Source of the DNA: Paramecium tetraurelia
Lineage: Eukaryota
Assembly (NCBI GenBank): GCA_000165425.1
Contig: CT868085.1
Coordinates: 434,001 to 498,000, forward strand
Length of the DNA stretch: 64,000 nt
Reading direction: 5' to 3'
The first letter of the stretch is position 1, and each line of letters starts with the position of its first letter. The position numbers and the translations under genes are program-made. This document shows, piece by piece, positions 13,209-30,519 of this stretch. Under the pieces are notes generated by a model. The model saw only the letters and a program-made list of their open reading frames with translations. It was not told where the DNA came from and searched no databases.

Positions 13209-14429
13209 TCAATTTAAAAAGAATTTGTGATCCAAGGCTTAAGAACAACTTATTCTTTTATGAGGATCAATTTCTAGCATCTTGACTAATAAATCTCTAA
13301 GCAAAGGGTCAAGTATCATTTCCCTTAGACTCTGCTGTTTCTTCACCTTTAGTACACTTTCCTTTGTAGTTGTTCCCTATGGCCATATATAGTACTTTCC
13401 ATTAGTGGCATTTTTGACGTTGAAACAATGTTTTAAGCACCCCTTCACATTACTTGCCATCCAATGAGGAAAACTCTATTCAGTTACCTTCTCAACCAAA
13501 GCCATATGTTCGAATTCATTCTTCCTTGTTTAAAATAGTAAATGTCCTAGCATATAAAATTTATTGGTACCTGTGTACATTTCAAAGATGATGCAAGCTA
13601 TTCCCCACACGTCACTTTTCTAATCCCATCTACAACACTACAACTGAACCTCAGGAGCTCTATATTGACGTGTATTAATTATACAATTATGGTCTTCATC
13701 ATCGAATTCAGCTCCACCAAGGTCGATAATCTTGATCCTGTGATCTGCTGGGAGATACCTAAATGAGAATTTAAATATTATCATACAAGTCATTCTGTTT
13801 CTACAACTGACGAATTCTACTAAATAGAATGTTCTCTGGTTTTAGATCTGTGTGAGTCAATTTTATTTCATGTAAGTGCCCAATGCTTTTAATTAATTAT
13901 CTGCTGATGCTTCTAATCAAATGCATAGGAATCCCACGATTTTGATTCAGTCTTAGCATATCATTTAAACTTGGTCCAAGCTAAAAATCAATATAATTTA
14001 AACAATACTCTCTCAAACACCATACAATAATATCCTCTATGATAGAAGCTTTCAATTATTTCAACAAAATATCTATTTAAATCTTTCTTTTTCAAATAAA
14101 ATAGTATGTCTGCTTCTTACTACGCACTTTCAGCATGATTGCTTCTCACTATCTTCATGGCATAGGGATTTAGAAATTTCCTTCTTCTCACTTTCAAAAA
14201 CTCTTCCAAAAGTCCCATCGGAAATATGTCTTCTTATTTTATAATCCTTGATGTGTTCACCCTTTCGATATCTATAATGTTTGTAGTCATCACTAGAAGA
14301 ACTTCCATTTGATCCTTCATCAGTGACATTCGATGTACTTGTAGAACTACGATTCGATATGTATTTATACTATTTAGCTTTTCTATACGATCTTCGATTT
14401 GATCTTCTATGAGATTCTTTTGAGGACAT
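13209..14429 (-). CDS. LAMMER/CLK-family dual-specificity kinase; apparent +1 frameshift just after the Gly-rich loop
   Basis: DGTFGRV, YAMKIVR, HTDLKPENIL, IIDLGGA, TRQYRAPEV, EHMALVE; three tiny introns; frame changes near 14190-14200. Confidence 0.85.
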
Positions 14430-14458
14430 TGGTTTCTACTTAATATCTTAATTATTAA

Positions 14459-15308
14459 ATGTCATATTAATTTGGGATCAATCAATTATAGAGCACAACA
14501 GTTCCAAATGCAAAGTACAAAACCATCCTTTGTCGACATTATCAAGGTATTCTAATTCTAATTATCAAAAATAGCAACTAAATAATGTGCCATCGGTTCG
14601 AAATGTTAATTCGCTCATGGAATTGAAGAATAAAGACAAATGAATGGTAATGGATAAAACTATAATTCAAAGATCCCCTGCCTGCTTCAGCACTTTCATC
14701 GATAGCTACTGCGCCTCAAACCACAAACATTGAATAACAATAAAAAAATTAATAACCTTTGTTTAAAAGTAAGAATAATCAAATAAATAAGTACCTTGCA
14801 AGTACCATCAACTCAATTTTTGTAAGAATGGTTCAGGATGCCAATATGTCCATGGTATGTATATATTATTCTTAATCATATAGATTCTGACTCATAAACA
14901 CAATCAACACCATAGCAATAATAATAACAATAACAATAATAACAACAACAATCATAACAATAACAATAACAAATCTAATTATCATAACAATAGTAATAAT
15001 AGTAATTCTCATAATAATAACAACAATAACAACAACCAGTCGATGCGATGTCCGTAACCTTGTCGCATATCTTGATGGAAATGTAACAAATCTTCAATCA
15101 GGAAGTAGGTTAATTTAATTTTACATAGGATTTACTTTAAAAGGTAAGATTTGCCATTGAATAAGTGAGATAAGGAAATTTAACATTAGCGTGTGACTAG
15201 ATCAGATCCATTATTAACTCATCAGAGAGGACTGCAGATGAAATTCAATCATATACATTGTTATATAATTAATCAGTAGCATATTACAAATAACTATTAT
15301 AACAATGA
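14459..15308 (+). CDS. CCCH zinc-finger protein with poly-Gln tract
   Basis: KYKTILCRHYQATKQCAIGSKCQFAHG and PCKYHQLNFCKNGSGCQYVH after removing tiny introns. Confidence 0.85.
14911..15036 (+). repeat. Poly-Gln coding repeat made of mixed TAA/CAA/TAG codons
   Basis: (TAA/CAA/TAG)n run in frame with the CCCH gene. Confidence 0.8.
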
Positions 15309-15347
15309 TCATTTATATATATGTATTTCTATAAAAATTTTATCTAT

Positions 15348-16223
15348 TCATTGTCTTAAACCCTGCTTATATTTATTTTTCATAGCAATCCCTATAAATC
15401 ACTCTGATTAATGCCAAAGAGAAGAATGCTCCAACGAAAGGCAAAATCGAATATATCCACAAATTCCAAAATCTTGCCCAATGTCCATCCTTACAACACT
15501 CAAAGAACACCAAACTAATCACTATCATATATATCAATTACCCAAATGCAATCGCTGGATTCAAACTGCTCTTAGCCACATAACTAAGTGTTCTTCCGAC
15601 CCCATATAAAGCACTAATTATTATGCTATGTTCTAATCTATCAGATGAAAAATCCATTAATTCGTCATATTAAAATAGGAATCCTGCACAAAGAATAAGA
15701 GAACCCAATATTTCACCAATCATCACTGCGAAGTATTCTTCGATATTGGTCTACGATATATATGGAACATCATTCACACTATTGTTTGTAGTCTATAATA
15801 TTTACTAATTCTTAAAGCACAGAAAGCCAAACAAACTTGCAATAAAGGCTCCTCCAAATTAACTTACCTATAGCCACTGACACCCACAATCCTTTATCGT
15901 TTCCAGATAACACAGTTGTGATCGCAGGATTGAATGTGCATTTCTAGTTTTAAGCCACCAAGATTAACATTCCATAGGCACAAGCAAAAACAAAGGGATT
16001 ATTACTTAGTTATATTGGGACATGAATACTTGCTAGCATAGATGCAGAAAGTGAGCATGAATGTTCCTATGAATTCAAACCAAAATATATAGATTGCTTC
16101 CTTTTTCCTTTGACCAACCTTTGTTTGAGGCATGTTGTCCACTTCCCATTTAATAGGTTTATTTTACGTTATTTCTTGATTCACCAAATCACTATAATTT
16201 TATTGTTTTTATTCTTCTTCCAT
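15348..16223 (-). CDS. Aquaporin (MIP family); apparent frameshifts near 15867 and near the 3' end
   Basis: FEFIGTFML, FNPAIT, SQFGGAFIA, GEILGS, LNPAIAFG, WIYSILPFVGA; two tiny introns; 3' end tentative. Confidence 0.8.
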
Positions 16224-16248
16224 TTTATGATTATTATTAATAATAGTA

Positions 16249-17391
16249 ATGTTAGCAATATTCTTATGTACGTAAGTTTATTATCTCAAATTGTAGTTAT
16301 TATTTTAGCGAACTCTAACAATGCTATGGATCTCAGCAAGAGGGAAACCCAAAAATATCAATAATAGGTGAATCGCATTGAAAAACGATAAATTGGATCT
16401 TTGATTATTTCAATGATATAATTAGATTAGCCAAAGATAAAATAATTGATCGAATAATCCATAGAGGATTTTGAATCAGAATATTCAACTTTGCAGGATT
16501 TTCATATTAGTAGGAAGACATAAATTTATTAATCTATGTAGCAATTGAAAGCATAGCTCTTGGATTTAAATATGTTACAATCCTCCTTTATTGATGGACC
16601 TCAAGAGAAAGAGAGAGAGTTTCATGAATAGAAAATAGCAAGACTCAATTAACTGATCAATCAAAATTACAAAACCATAGACTAAAAGGAAGTTCAATTG
16701 ATAAAAATGTAAAACAGGTATAACTCCTATTTTTTGATTAGTTAGTTTAAGTTCTTTAATTGATGAATATGATCTAAATATCAATTACATAGATCAAATA
16801 CTGTAAACGATCGATTCTATTTTGTATGATGAAGAGAAAGTTGGCATGAAATTCTTCTAGAAGCGAGGAAGAGTCAATGAAATAATTGAAAATCTAGGAA
16901 AATCAACCATAAAAAATATCAAACTAGATTTACCCATGCTCAAACAGATAATATAGATTGGAATTAAAAGCAATTTCGCAGATAAGTCAACTTATAAATA
17001 AGTAAATATGTGTAATCATAATTAGACTCAAGAACTCTTGATTACCTTAAGGAAAATATTAGTTGGAGAACTAAATAAACTTAATACCGACAAGATTGAT
17101 TAACTTGAAATTAGTATCAATTAATTAAAGAGCGAAACCCTCAGATTGAAAAGTCAATTGTTAGAATCCAGTTAGAAGTTGCAAATTGAAAATAGAGACA
17201 TTAGTGCGATCACAGAATCTAAGAAGAGAATTGAACAAGAATTAGTAATTCTTGATGAGGACTTGAGATTGGAGAATGAATTGTTTAATTAGAAGGAGGC
17301 CTTTTTGATAGAGGAGGTTAATGAATTGATGGAGATTGAGGAACTTTTGAAAAATAGAGAATTGATTTAATACATCCAAGAATAATAATGA
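16249..17391 (+). CDS. Secreted coiled-coil protein, possibly trichocyst-matrix-protein-like
   Basis: Signal-peptide-like MLAIFLFIILANS (after a 29-nt intron), GSLIISMIQL, about 350 aa helical, ends RELIQYIQEQQ*. Confidence 0.55.
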
Positions 17392-17415
17392 TAATATAAA
17401 TTAATATAAAATTTG

Positions 17416-19202
17416 ATGGATCCTCAAATGTAACAAAAGGAGTTTTTGAAAAGACTGTATTAGTAGATGAAGTCTGCAGTGACTCTGTAATCGAAGATTC
17501 AAAATGTGAATTATTTGCTGTCATTCACATCTGATTTTTTAGATACGTATTCTTTATTATTTAATTGAGGTTTGCATAATCTAATTCAATGAAAATAATT
17601 ACATAGTACTTAAAGGACGCTTTGAAATCCATTCAAGTTAATGAAGAATTGATTGATAAAATTTTTGCTTTATTATTGAGGATGAATTTAAGCGAAGAAA
17701 TACTCAAAGAATCAGAGATTGCTTAGCCTCTATTAAAAATTAAAGATAAAAAGCTTTTTGATAACATAAGATCGAATCTGATTGAACAAATATAATAGAA
17801 GTGGTCTAGATGCTATATAAAATTCAAACCATTGCTTGAAGAGTGGAAAAGAAACAACAATTAGAAGGATAAATAAGAGGATCGAAAAAAGAAAGGGAAA
17901 AGAAACCAATCATCAAGTTCTAGTGAATCCTCCAATAAGAAAAAGAAGAGCAGAAAGAAATTTGTCAGGTAATATTTCAGAGTATTATTGAACAGATTTC
18001 AAAGAGATGATCTCTTGCTTAATTTTAAATATTTTAAGCGAGAGGATGAACCAAATCAAAGAGGAATGACCATGGAAGAAGTTGTTTAATTCTAGAAACA
18101 ATATGCTGGCGAGTTAAAACGTTTGGATCAAATAAATGGAGCCTATAATATAAAACATCGAGAATCATTGATGGAAGGCAAAGAACATAAACTGCAATTA
18201 GACATTATTCAATAGATGTTAGAATAAATACCATTTATTAAACCTACAAGTTATACTTTATTTATAATCTTAGAACTATTTTTGTAATCATAAGTATCCT
18301 ACGACACCAATTACATTGAAACTGCAATCTAATAAAAAAGAACGGAATCTAAAATGTCTGCATTTTACAATAGAGATGTATTTAATACCATTAAGCAATC
18401 TTTAGAACATACCAGAATAGCCTGGATATAATGAGATTTCTAATACTCAATCAGGCTTATAACCTAAAATAATCCATTTAGATCCTCCAAAAAGAGAGGA
18501 CCTTATGTATATGGTCTAAGTCATTTGCAACAGAGGTCTTAAAGAATTGGAAGAGAAGAACAAAAATGCCAATAAGAAACAAATTAAGGGAATTCTTAAA
18601 AAACAACCTGATGAATAAATGAAATAAAAGGATGTACTCAATCAAGCCAAGCAAGACTTACAACCAAAAATGTAATAATTAGTCCAAATGGTCGAGTAGA
18701 AACATTAACATAGCCAGGAAAGCATTCGTATTAATATTTCATTATTTAAGTAACTTTATTACATGATATTATATAAAAATTAAAGGATATTGGTGAGGAA
18801 AAATATATAAAAAATTTTAAATCTATCCTTGAAACAAAACTGAACGACAAGCAAACAATAATGAGTGAAATTGATCGCATTAAAGTACAATAAGATTAAC
18901 AGAGACTTCGACTTGAGTAGTTATAAACTATCAATCCTGCTCAAGCCCTACGATTAAAAGCTTACAAAACCAAGCATTGTCACAATTTTCATTCGCCCAT
19001 AGGTTGTGCAAGAGGAGATAATTGCAATTTCATACATGACTCTCGTTATCCAGGAAGACCAGCCCCAGTACTTTAACATCCCAATTTCCTGAACAAAACT
19101 CTATATCCCTAATCCAATGTGCCTGTAATAGTTCCACCTCTGCTTCAATAACTCAACCCTTTGATTCTGCTTGGAAGACAGAAAAAGTATGAAAGTCTAT
19201 GA
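17416..19202 (+). CDS. PNUTS/PPP1R10-like PP1 nuclear targeting subunit (TFIIS-N-like domain, RVxF, C-terminal CCCH)
   Basis: Helical N-domain ending QQKW; KKKSRKKFVRFQRDDLLLNFKYF; ETAIQQKRTESKMSAFYNRDNIPEQP..PKIIHLD; KGILKK; YKTKHCHNFHSPIGCARGDNCNFIH. Confidence 0.75.
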
Positions 19203-20095
19203 GTCAAAAATTATTATAAATTATAATATTATAAGAATGTAAGTTAAAACAGTAACCTTGAAATCATTAAATATATTACTTAAATTTTCTTCATTTCAAT
19301 ATTAATGTTTCCTTTAATTTTCAAATTATTAACAATACATTAAATAAAGCAAAATAAATTGTTTCAAACTATAAATATTTACTCATTACTCTATCTTTAA
19401 AAGCTTAGAATTAAAAAACGTACAAATGCCATTTTAATAATTTTATAATTAATAAAAATGTCCTTGTTTTCTTAACTAATAATTAATCTTGTTTTTGGAA
19501 TTTCGAAAGATTCAATCTGAAAATTTCTAATTATTATTAAATGTTTACTAAATTATAGCTAAAATATTAGTATTTTTTGTATTTTCTTAATGCAATTCAG
19601 ACAATCCCATATTTGTTGAATTGATATTTTTTTAATAACTCTAAAATAGTAGAATTAATGATAGAATACAAAGAAGTCCTTAATAAATCTCAAATAGTAC
19701 AATAGATTCCCTTTCAAATCTTTATTTAAACTAATTATTTTACAAAATAGCTTCAATTTAATTACTATCCTATTCCTCTTTTTATTTCGAAGTATAAAGA
19801 TTTGGGTATGAATAAAGTGTAATACTAATTATTTTTCAATTAGTTCACAAATAACTACTCTATTATAGGCTTACAACATTCAATTTGTTTTGGAGACTGC
19901 TTTACTTAATTATATTTTTAGTTATAATAATAACGATATTCAAAAATTGAGTAATCCTAATATATTTGATTAGAAACTCAATATGAAGTTTATTCTCTTC
20001 GTTTTCTTTCATCTTCTGAGTTTACTAAATATTCTTGATATTTTTATTCTTTTTAACTTTACGTATGTTGAGTTAATTTCTAAATTAAAATTTAT

Positions 20096-21764
<1,669 letters not shown>

Positions 21765-21802
21765 TGTAAAAATTATAATGATACTAATTAAAATAAAAGA
21801 GT

Positions 21803-22333
21803 TCATTTTTCTAATTACAACCTAAGCGAAGCTATTTCTTCTTAGTACTTTTTGATTATTTTTTGTATTTCAGGTTCAAGACCAAGAACTGTCAATTATC
21901 GTATTTCCTAGGTTTTATTTTTCTCCCATTACATCCTTGATGCTTTTTCCTTCTATGCAATTTATTATTTTTCTTACTAGAATAGAACTTATAATTTTTC
22001 AATCTCTTACGAATGAGATTACTATAACGTCTTGATCTCGTTGGTTAAATTAAGTTGTTCTTATTACAACTCTTTCTTATCTAAAATTAGCTATTCTATT
22101 ATTGTCAATTATCTTTATATAGTAATTTCATATTGATCATATGCTTATTTTGATAATGATTATTCAGTCTATTTTATAAAATTTATTTTTTCAGACATTT
22201 TTTGTGTGATTTCTTCTACTTATTCCTTTAAATGCAAGATCTCTTATTTTAAGGAAATGTTTTCTTCAATAATTTTCTGATACTTAAATTTGTGTTTTTA
22301 GAATAACTCCTCTTATTTCATCTAGTCATACAT
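21803..22333 (-). CDS. Short CEP131/AZI1-like coiled-coil protein, 176 aa
   Basis: YEITIQRQLTIIEQLILDKKEL and WEKNKTQEIRQLTVLGLEPEIQKII match the conserved CEP131 segment. Confidence 0.65.
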
Positions 22334-22364
22334 TGTTTATAAATAATATTATTAATCAATATAA

Positions 22365-22815
22365 TCACATTGCATAAATTATTGCTCCCATCACACCCAT
22401 AAATAAAACAAACATAATGGACATCAAAATCAAATACCAAAAGACCACATATCGTAATAAATTGCATGGTTCATTTTTACAATATTGAATAATCAGATAA
22501 ATATTGCTAATGACAAACCCAACAAGCAATATACCTGATACATAAAGTTTGATCCTTGAATTTGATGAGGATCTCCATTAAATCATAATACTAGTTATAA
22601 ATATAATAACAAATTTACCCAATTATAATGACATATACAGTGTATAGAAAGAATAAAAAATATGCACATTGTCTTAATGCAATGCACTCATCTCCTCCAT
22701 ACAGTTCTGGCTTGGATGTGAATTAGTAGAACAAAAAGCTAACTAATGAGAGGGAAACAACAGTGAATAGAGAAACTTTATCAAAAGCTTATTGATCTTC
22801 TGACTCTAATTGCAT
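22365..22815 (-). CDS. Small multi-pass membrane protein (about 4 TM)
   Basis: Code-6 ORF MQLESEDQ...IIYAM* with hydrophobic segments and one tiny intron. Confidence 0.65.
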
Positions 22816-22901
22816 GGATTTCAATTTATGTACTTATTATTTATAGTTTATTTATAAATTAATTTAACTTAATTTGGAAATACTAAATGTTATTATGAGT
22901 T

Positions 22902-24578
<1,677 letters not shown>

Positions 24579-25719
24579 TATTATATAATTTAATAGGATA
24601 TAATTAAATAATTTGATTTGTTTTGATTGAAAAAATTATGAATATTATGGGATAGATGTTAACGAGTATTCTTTGCTAATAAAGAATGCTTAGAACTTAG
24701 ACATTATAGTTAAAAAGATTTAGTTATATTGCTCATTTGATGCAAAAAATAATTGTGGATCCTTACTTTTTCATTGACTTTAATAGCTTCTTATCATCAT
24801 GCCAGACCCTTAGACTAATAAACTAATTGAAATTAAGTTTTTATGAAAATAATAGATACATTATGGTAATCAATTTAATGGATAATATGTATTTTACTTC
24901 TCTAATAATGTCAAAGAGGGCTTGAAAGTACTCCTTAATTTTTCTATTTTTAAATACTTGTTTGTTCATTAATAGATAAATTTAGATTAGAGTGGTATTT
25001 AATTTCAAGATCTCTTCAATTTTTAATCTGATACCTAAATATTTTTAATTAGTTTGTACTCCTTTGAGTTAAGCTATTCTTATAGAATTAATCTCACTAA
25101 ATTAGATTATAGTTTGCCTATGTCTTAAATTTGATTGACAGAACTTTCAAATATAATCCTTTTAATATAGATATAAGTATTATTCTGCTTAGTTTAAGGA
25201 TTTAAGCGTAAAATAGAAAGTCCTATTATCCTTTCTTCAAATTGTAATGAATCAGAATTACTTGAGGATTTCCTTTTAAATTTATTGAATTTTTATATTT
25301 GTGTTAGTATTCTATTATAAGATTTCGATTAATTTAGATTTTGAAAGATTTAAATGGACTTTAGATATACCATTTATTTATTCATTTAGTTACCAATAAT
25401 TTTATATCTCTAATTTATAAAGGAATAGGATATAAACCCCAATGTCCTTTTCAACATAATTTATTTGTGTGTAAGTTAATAAACATTTTTCAAAGTCTTT
25501 ATAAATTTTAACAGTAATTTATTGTAGTAATTTCTTCTAATAAGAGTTAAATCATTCCAATACTAACGAATTATGTTTTAAAATTTATGATAATAAGAAT
25601 TATTAATGTATTAATAATGTAAGTTATTATATTTATATATAAATTAAGAATGATATCATAACACATTATCAATATGATAATTAGTTGCAATGAGATTTAA
25701 TATTATTTTATGAATGTAA

Positions 25720-27406
<1,687 letters not shown>

Positions 27407-28649
27407 GGTTTATGAATATTAATGAGTGATTAAAATATTTTGATGTATAAAATTTTATATCTAATTCAGGTATTCATAAAATTAAAAGGCTCTCAATTTA
27501 CATATAACTAATTCCTTTTCACAAAATCTACTCTATTACTTTCATATCCTAACAATTAGACAATCTTTTTTTGGATCCTTTTCGTATTAACTAAAATCAT
27601 AGTCCACATTTTGCCCCAATCTATTGAATATCCCAAAACATTTACTATCATCATTTTAAGTATGTCAAAATAATTCAAAGGTTTTCGATTGTAAATAAAT
27701 AACCTTAAACAATCATATTTAAAATCCAAAAATCTAAAATTTTAATATAAATACTTCTCCAATACTGTAGATTCTGATTTTTGAGAAACATTAAATTCTT
27801 AACCTTTTTCTAACTATTTTACATAACTGAAGCCAGTAACATCTCAAAATTTCAAGAAAAATAATACTATTTCAAGAAAATAAAATAAGATTTTACTCAT
27901 TTTGGAACGATGATTAATTAAAACAATTTGATTATTGGTTTTAAAAGGCAACCCTAATTTTAAATGTTTTTAAGAGTAATATTGGAAATAGAATATTGTA
28001 TAATATTATCTAAAAAATATCAAGCATGTAAAAATATTCTACAAGGCAACCTTTAATCCCAAGTTATCAAAAAGCGAGTAGATCTTAATATGAATATGAC
28101 AATGACAAAATCATCTAAATCTAAATAGATGCAAATCTTAGGTAAGATTTGTCTCCTACTCTTTCAATTATAAAAACACATAATATATCTCTGTTAGCTT
28201 AAAATGCAATTAGAGAGCTTGAAGATAATACATATCATTTACTAAAAGAATAATATTCAAAATAGTCCATCATGATCTTTAATGGTTTTCACTAAAACTC
28301 TTTAAACTCCTGTTTGTGCTTAGCAATTAAACAACTAGTATAAAATACTCCTTATTTTCAATTATAATAAATTATTAGTGATTTGCTAAGGCTTCTAGAG
28401 GAAGTCTAAAAATTAGTAATTATAACATTTAATTTAAAAGTAATAAAATTAACAGATCACTAATGTTTTAGTAATTTAATGCTTCCAAAAAGATTTTCAG
28501 AATGAGATTTTTCAAGCAACACAATTGTATAGCCTTTATTCCCAACAAAGTAAATGATAAGCTTAATATTTATAGTATTGAATAGAAATGATAATTATCT
28601 ATTTATCAATTTCTCTGGTCTTAACACTATTGAATAGGATATTAAGATG

Positions 28650-30519
28650 ATGAAGGAACTTAGTTTACTCAAAAAAAGGAATATGGAAATGTATTATTTG
28701 TCATTTCACAAAAGAGAGTTTTAAAAAAAATAAAAAAAACACTTTAATTCTACTGAATCGTTTGAATAATATTTTCTGGAAAGTTAATAGAATCATCCAA
28801 TCACTTGGCCTTAACTAAAAGCTTACTTAAAACCTATATTAAAAAGAAAGATTAAATTATTTAATCCTAAAGTCTGTGTATTATAATTATTTGTGTCTTT
28901 AAATAACTTGGAGGATGAGGAAGGTCTAATATTTGAAAACGATTGTATTTTGAAAATTGTTCACTTTTTTAAGAAGTTTTCTTAAGATAAACTAATAATA
29001 AATTTATTAATCAAGGATCAAGATTCATCTGCCCCTGTTTCTGTATCAGAGTCGATTGAAATCAACAGCATTAATCATTAAGATGAAAAAAATTCTTAAC
29101 TGGCAAGAAAGAAGTTATGCTTAAAATAGGTTATAAACGCAATTGAGTAGGGTGTATTTGGACATATGGATGTGGATATAGTTGACAAAAGAAGTTATGA
29201 TTAAACCCTAATTGAATTTAAATGCCAACTAAACTAATTAAAAAATTAAGAATATTAACAAGTGGTTTAAAGGTCTTTGAATAATTTAATTTGTTAACAG
29301 GCAAATCAAATTAGAAATAGTTCTGAACCAGAGAATTTAGGATTTCATTACATACCCTTTATTGATAACAACAGATCTCTGCTATTTTTTGAATTTTATT
29401 ATAATAACGATAAAATCTTGGTAAATAATTCTACTTAAGTTTACTTGAAGCAGAAGGAAAAAATTGTAATAATATTTTAAGTCTAAGAATTTAAGCTTTA
29501 TTATTGCAAAATTCAGTGTAAATGCGTTAAAAAAGATTGGTAATTTTTAAATTATATTTTAAAGTAATTTCCTTAATTTATAGGAGTATCTCAATTTTGA
29601 TTAAATAAAAAATAATGAGTTCATAAAGGCTCCAATAATAGCAGTTATCGAAGACAAAATATTCTTAAATTATGGTTACTTAGGAGATTAAATCTTAGAA
29701 TTCAGCATAATTGACTAGAAGGTCATATTTAAGAATAGAATGAAGTTATCAAATTTTCCAAAATTATTAGATGTAGAAGAATAATAAAAATAATACATTT
29801 TAGAACGAGAAGGCGCTAGCGTTTTCTATAATTTATTAGAAAATAAGGAGGAGAATCATTATTTTATTGCGGGAGGTGAACTTGGTTAAAATAGCCCAGT
29901 GTGCAATATCATCGAAAGAGTAGTGCCAGAAAAAGAGGGTTTTTCTTCAGGATTTGTGTCTAAAAGCCTATTTAAAGTAAGTTTGAAGCCATTTCAACAT
30001 TCTTTAATTTTGGAGGATAATTAGTCTGTAATTTTTCTTCCTGGAGATTTTAATAAAAAACGATTTAAATACTCTTAAATAATAAATCATTAGCACTACC
30101 AATAGGCGTAGAGATTAAGTTTAGTAAGAAATAATTGGGTGTTAGAAAATATAAAGATTGTGTATGAGAATGAAGAACTTGGAAGACTTTATCCAATTCA
30201 TTTAATGCCAAAAAATTAATAGATTGTTTATAATGTTGAAAACGATCATTGGATAGCTTGCTTTTTTGGATTATAAATTCAATCTGTAGGGTCAACTAAA
30301 CTATCTTCTTAACAGATCTACATAGATGAGATCAATTAGTTTCATTATGAATCATCCAATAGCGGAAATGAGGGCAACTTAAGTAATGTAATTATAAAAA
30401 TGGAATTCAAATTCGATCAAAATTAACTGATTACTTCAATAACTCCATTTTAATTCAGAAAGAACAGAACAATAATAGAAAATACTGTCCAATTAAAAAC
30501 AGAGTAAAATGCATTATGA
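28650..30519 (+). CDS. Hypothetical protein with possible Kelch-like C-terminal repeats; 5' end unresolved
   Basis: Long code-6 frame from about 28750 (YFLESQQNHPITWPQLK...); YFIAGGELGQNSPVCNIIERV motif. Confidence 0.45.

Noticed and set aside
14185..14205. Euplotes-style programmed +1 frameshift
   Set aside because: No stop codon at the shift site, and that mechanism is established for Euplotes, not Paramecium
14911..15036. AAT/AAC run as telomere or non-coding microsatellite
   Set aside because: In-frame poly-Gln; I saw no C4A2/C3A3 telomeric arrays anywhere in the window
15849..15867. 19-nt intron gtaagttaatttggaggag that would repair the aquaporin frame
   Set aside because: Shorter than the other introns here, has a GAG acceptor, and would delete the conserved QxxG helix motif; not excluded without cDNA
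24700..25460. Minus-strand coding-like stretch between CDPKs
   Set aside because: No consistent frame or motif could be reconstructed
27440..28650. Plus-strand coding-like stretch
   Set aside because: TGA in all frames I tried; may be the 5' part of the downstream gene or a relic, unresolved
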